A DNA stretch of 63,991 nucleotides, filler included. It is 7 parts of 7 records of this genome, joined end to end, with 100 filler letters (N's around TTAATTAATTAA, not from the genome) between each part and the next. Parts side by side here need not be neighbours in the genome. Positions count along the whole stretch, not along the records: positions 58,703 to 63,991 come from DRR378314_1376; 6 more parts are not named here. The stretch is one strand, 5' to 3'. The notes under the pieces are model-generated. The model saw only the letters and a program-made list of their open reading frames with translations, had not been told where the DNA came from and did not search any database. Position 1 is the stretch's first letter; each line of letters begins with the position of its first letter. Positions 59,044-63,991 of this stretch are shown in pieces. A program made the translations under genes and the position numbers.

Positions 59044-59747
59044 CTTGCTGAGCTCCTGCTGCCACGGGGCCAGCGGGGGTAGCGCGCGGGGCATTCGCTC
59101 CACAAACGCCGACACGAGGACTTTCCACGGCGTGCTATGCTTCGCCGCCCGTGCGTGTATATCGGAGAGGTAGTTTTTCGGCAGAGGTTCCGCCGCCTCG
59201 ATTTCACCCTGCACGCAAACCATCCACATAGAAACACATCCACCAGCGGGCGCGCGGGCGCAGAGGCGGAAACTGTCAAGGCGGACGGAAACGAGCGGAC
59301 GGGCGCGCACGTGCGCGCCAGCTGTGCGCGTCGACGTCGTGGCTGCAGTTCTTCGGGGCAAGCAACAGGAACCATTCCGCAGAACTCGCATCGAGCGACC
59401 CAGCCTTTGCCTCGGCAACGATGTCACAGATTATGCGAATACACAGATCTACTTGCCGCTGAACAAGCCATGCTCATCGGGCCTGTGCTTGGTTATTAGT
59501 ATTCTATTCCCGAGAGGGAGAAGCGGCGTTGGCAACGCCGCGGAGGGAGCACGGGCGGTGGCAAACAGCGACGAGAGCGCCTGTGCGGCGCACGCACCTG
59601 CTTCCAGTGCGCTGGCCACTGCCGCGCTTTTCGAACCAGCCGACGCGGCCGGGGGTGGCGTAGAGCATCTTGTGCTGGAATAAATGCGCTGGCAGCACGC
59701 ACGCTGCTCCTGTGGAGAGCACGGGCGGCCAGGAGGCGGGAGTGCAT
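59044..59747 (-). CDS. Mitochondrial ribosomal protein mL46-like, N-terminal exons
   Basis: Exon 59747-59598 with Arg-rich presequence MHSRLLAARALHRSSVRA; exon 59208-59044 with PWKVLVSAFVERMP...PWQQE, which resembles mL46. Confidence 0.55.
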
Positions 59748-60263
59748 CGCAATTCCTTCCTGCGTGCAGCGGCCAGGGCGGTGCTGACTGGAAAAAAGCC
59801 GCTCGCGCTCACACGCAGCGTCGGCGGTGTGTTGCTGGTGCGGGTGCAGGTGGCTGGTTTACTTTAGGGTTAGCGAAACAATGTAAATTCATGCACCCTA
59901 ACACGCAAACCACCTGATAGCTGCTGCGGCGCGGCAGAGTGTGCTGCACGTGTTTGACCTGTCGAGCCGAGCTTCGCGCGGGGACCAGTGCAGCTTGCGA
60001 GGATAGAAATAGAGGAGTGTGGCAGCAGAGTCAGGACCAGCGCGGCAGAACGCGAGAAACCATGCGAATGCAAGAAATGCAGGGGAGAGCGTCAGCGCGA
60101 GAAGCCATGCATTTTATTTCTTTCGCCTCTTCTTTTGCGTACTGCTACGCAGTCGGCCTCGGAGTGCCGAGGCGACGATCTTGGCAGACCGCTTTGGGCA
60201 GCAGGGACCGTGGCGCACACCCGTGCTAGCGGCGCCAAGCCCTGCGCGTTGGGCTGCGACGAC

Positions 60264-61601
60264 CTATTTCTTTCCTCCAACCACGACGCCTCCCTTTCGC
60301 ACGACTTTCTTGATGACACCGACGGCAACGGTTTGCCTCATGTCGCGCAGAGCGAACCTGCCGAGCGCGGGGTACTCGCTGTACGGCTCCACGCAGACGG
60401 GCTTCGTTGGGCGGAGAGTGACGAGCGCGGCGTCGCCTGCTTTGATGAACGAGGGGTTTTCCACCACGTTCTTCCCGGTCTTGCTATCCATCTTTTTCAG
60501 TATTGCTTCCATACGGCAGGCAACATGCGCCGTGCCACAGTCGATGACGGGTGCGTAGCCCACGCCTATCTCGCCCGGGTGGTTGAGGACAATGATTTGT
60601 GCGTCAAACGCCTCGGTTGGCAGTGGCGGGTCTGTCTTCGCGTCGCCGACCACCATGCCGCGGGTGATTGATTTTCCATCGCGCGCCTTGATATTGAAGC
60701 CGATGATGTCTCCCGGTACAGCCTTTTTGAGGACTTGCCGGTGCATCTCGATGGATTTTACCTCGGCGGCCACGCCTGCGGGAGCGACGACAATAGACTG
60801 GCCGGGCTCCAGCGAGCCTGACTCGACACGGCCCAAGATCACAGTTCCGACGCCTGCAACTTGCATGGCCTGCTGCACAGGGATTCGCAGCGGGCGATGC
60901 ACGGCGCGCTGCGGCGGATCGATCGTGTCGATGGCCTCGATGAGCGTAGACCCCTTGTACCATGGCATATTCGCGGACTTTTCAAAGATGTTGTCGCCAG
61001 TCCACCCAGAGATGGGAACTACTGTGACATTGGCTTCTTGGTAGCCGACCTTTTTCAGAAAGGCAAGCGTTTGCGCACGGACGTCTTCGTATCGCTGCTG
61101 AGCGAAAGCGACGGTCTTGTCGTCCATTTTGTTGATGGCAACCACCAGTTTCGAGATCCCAAGCGTAAAGGCGAGTAGCGCATGCTCTCGCGTCTGCCCC
61201 TGCGGCGACATTCCAGCTTCGAAGCCGCCCTGTGAGGCGTTGACGACGAGGATTCCCGCGTCAGCCTGCGCCACGCCGGTCATCATATTCTTGATGAAGT
61301 CGCGATGGCCGGGGGCATCGATGACGGTTACGCTGTGGCGCGGTGTCTGGAATTGCCACGAAGAGATGTCAATGGTAATACCGCGCTCACGCTCAGATTT
61401 GAGCTTGTCGAGGATCCAGGCGTACTTGAAGGAGCCCTTGCCGGACTCGGTGGCCTCCTTCTCGAACCGCTCCAGCACGTGCGGGTCGACCGCGCCACAC
61501 TTGTACAGCAGGTGCCCGGTTGTAGTGGACTTGCCCGAGTCGACATGGCCGATGACGACAACGGACACCGTCGTTTTGGAGCTCGATGAAGACCCGCTCA
61601 T
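60264..61601 (-). CDS. EEF1A: Translation elongation factor 1-alpha, divergent, intronless (445 aa)
   Basis: [30 protein letters not shown] and [16 protein letters not shown]; no opisthokont insertion after PWYKG. Confidence 0.95.
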   Translation of the reverse strand: MSGSSSSSKTTVSVVVIGHVDSGKSTTTGHLLYKCGAVDPHVLERFEKEATESGKGSFKYAWILDKLKSERERGITIDISSWQFQTPRHSVTVIDAPGHRDFIKNMMTGVAQADAGILVVNASQGGFEAGMSPQGQTREHALLAFTLGISKLVVAINKMDDKTVAFAQQRYEDVRAQTLAFLKKVGYQEANVTVVPISGWTGDNIFEKSANMPWYKGSTLIEAIDTIDPPQRAVHRPLRIPVQQAMQVAGVGTVILGRVESGSLEPGQSIVVAPAGVAAEVKSIEMHRQVLKKAVPGDIIGFNIKARDGKSITRGMVVGDAKTDPPLPTEAFDAQIIVLNHPGEIGVGYAPVIDCGTAHVACRMEAILKKMDSKTGKNVVENPSFIKAGDAALVTLRPTKPVCVEPYSEYPALGRFALRDMRQTVAVGVIKKVVRKGGVVVGGKK

Positions 61602-63991
61602 TACTGCGCCAGAATGCAAGCGATGCCAGAGGCTATGATTGGGCGATGGGGAACGACGAACCGGTCGAAATGCTGCGCGCGGGGTGGACACAGGAAAACA
61701 TAGGGGTGGACGCTTAGCCAACGGTGGAGCACGCAGGCAGCGCAATACGTTCTTGCGCTAGAGAGCGCGCGTCAGCGCACGCGCCGCCGAAACACACATT
61801 TCGCTTCCGCAAGGGGGCGTATGAGATCCTCTGACCAGCAGCACTTGTGTTGTGCACGAGATTCTACGCGACCGCCTCACTGCGATGCAACTGCCGTGAC
61901 TATACGCGAATGTTCGGGTGGCTAACGCACACGAGGCACGCACGGTGCGCGGCGCTTCTTCGCAGCTGCACACAAAGCACGGGCACCTACCGCACAGCGT
62001 ATTGAGGGAAGGAGGCGGGTTAAGCACGGACGAGAGACCCTGCAGAATTTACAGCAGATAATTCCCATTCCAAGCGCCCACGGGGTGCACACAAATCCGC
62101 GCGCTCTGCGTAGAGCACGCGTGCGCAGAGGTCCGCGCTTGGAATCAGCGCCCAAAAGCACAGCGCCGCCGATGCCGCCCGTCCCGCTCCAGGCGACCTG
62201 ACGTACGCCGTGCCGCGCCGAGGCATAGCTCCCCGCCCAGAACCTTGTGCGCATCGTACGCATCGCGTTTTCTACAGGCTTGTGATTTTGATGAAGCTAC
62301 AGATGTGTTCTGTACTAGCGGACGTGCTCTGAACGTAGTTTACTCGCGTCGCTGCAGGCAGCAAAGCCGTCTGGACAAGTACGCTGGCTCCAGCAGCACA
62401 CAGTGGCTGAGGCAAAGCTGGTCTTGCACGCTACGGCCGTTCGTGCACGCACGGGATAGAGAGGATATCGCGCAGCGCACGAGGATCTCTTCGCATGAAA
62501 AGTGCTCCGACGTGCAGCATGTGGAAGGTTGCACTGAGGCTCACGCACCCGGTCGTGCAAAGCAGAGTTGGGTTCGCGTCCGCACAAACGATGCGCTCAG
62601 CAGAAGCCACACAGAGGCTCGCGAAGCGTAGCACGGTTCCACAAGCCGGGACCCAGCGCAGGAAACGACGGGACGCACCACGGCGGCAGGCAAGAGATGA
62701 GGCTGCCGAGATACGATGCCGAATCTCTGTACACAGAAACACAATGTATGCAATCTCCGTGCACCTGAAAGCGCACGCTATTCCTTGATGACGTCGATGG
62801 AGAAGCGAGCTACTGCGACGGCAGTGGCTTTCGCAGCCTTGCTAGCGGCGTGAGCTCGCGGGGGAGCGGCCCCTTGCATGCACGGCAAGAACATAGGTTC
62901 CCAGCATAGGGGTATAATTTGTTTCCCCGCGTGGTTCAGGCGTTGCGCGCGTGCGGAGGTTGGCTTGCCAGGGTCGTCTGCTGCGGGCGCCGCAGCTCGC
63001 AGTTTGAGCTGTTGCTTGTTGCCCGCCCTCGATCGGCGGTGCGGGCGACGAAAAATCTTCCTTCTGCGCCCCGGTACGAAGCGAACCACCAGGCGACCTT
63101 TTTTCTGTACGAGGGAGGCTTGTTGGTGGGGTGAAGCTCTCGCATTGCTGCATCAGAGTTGCACACAGACAGCTACAAACAGCTCCCACGGCGCGCGCTC
63201 TCCGTTCGCGGTGCACAGCCGACCGCAACGCCAGGCGGCACTCCGCGCAATAGCCAGCGCCGCCTCGCATGCAAGCTGCTGCCAGGTGGATGCCGGACTT
63301 GTCTCACGCGCGAATTGCGTAGTATCGCAGAAAGGTGTCGTTCGAAATCACTCGATCGAGGCAATACGCGAGAATCAATTTCCTCCCTCTTTGTCCTTTG
63401 GGTTTTCCTTGGCGGCGCAGAACAGAACCCACTGCTCACAGACTGCCGTAGCGACCCCGTCGGCTCCTCTCGCGTGCGCCTCCTCAAGCTCGTCCGGCCT
63501 GCACTCGTCTACGTCTTGAGGAATATCCTACGGCCCAGATGTCCATTTTGCTACATGTATTGCAATGATCAAACGTCTTCTGTTTCTCACCACGGGGCAT
63601 TCGTAGGATAGGCTTGTAGTGCCAGTCCTCCTCCCGCACTTTCCTGGCGGGCCTGTTTGACGTCCTGAATATCGCAGCCGAGTTTGTTTCCTGAGGCGCT
63701 TTGAATTCTATAAACAACTGCCGATATTGCATCTGGAACGAAGCTATTTTTCCCGCTTTCAACTGTCCCATTTTGAAATTTGATCTATTAGGATCTATAG
63801 GCGTACCATGTATTCCTGTTGTTGTGACTTGCTTGCTTGCTTGCTGTACGTAATGGTCAGGGTGGAGGGGTGCCGTGAAGAAGCAGGTCTTGCCATGTCC
63901 GCCTGCCGCCGCTCTCCCGAGAGTGACTTGTACGGAGGCCTTGAGATATTCTCCTGTAGCTTCGCAGCCCATTAGGAAGCGGGGCGTCCTC

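Noticed and set aside
61750-63991. Possible partial gene at the window end (63484-63972 minus)
   Set aside because: No recognisable motif and no phase-consistent splicing found.

Overview
The window is not one locus. It is seven contigs joined by artificial 100-bp spacers (N44-TTAATTAATTAA-N44), so adjacency across spacers means nothing. Contig 1 (1-20984) is bacterial, probably Rhodobacteraceae-like. It holds an IS6 end truncating a GlxA/AraC regulator, a wHTH-hydrolase regulator, a GntR-led operon (GltIJKL-like ABC transporter, CMD-family protein, divergent ComA, MmgE/PrpD, TauE), and two convergent exported transglutaminase-like proteins, one a ~2150-aa TG/TPR/2xVWA/PG-binding protein. Degenerate repeats lie between these modules. 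Contigs 2-7 come from an intron-rich, probably flagellated, non-opisthokont eukaryote. I spliced genes by hand for an EGF-repeat protein, a coiled-coil protein, FPP synthase, APE2, a CCDC17-like protein, mitochondrial GatA, a dcd1/C45-like C-terminus, a two-pore-channel-like N-terminus and mL46, and found an intronless, divergent EF-1alpha. The best novelty candidates are the putative organosulfonate catabolic operon, the transglutaminase-like pair and the divergent EF-1alpha. All family calls are from motif recognition; no searches were run.
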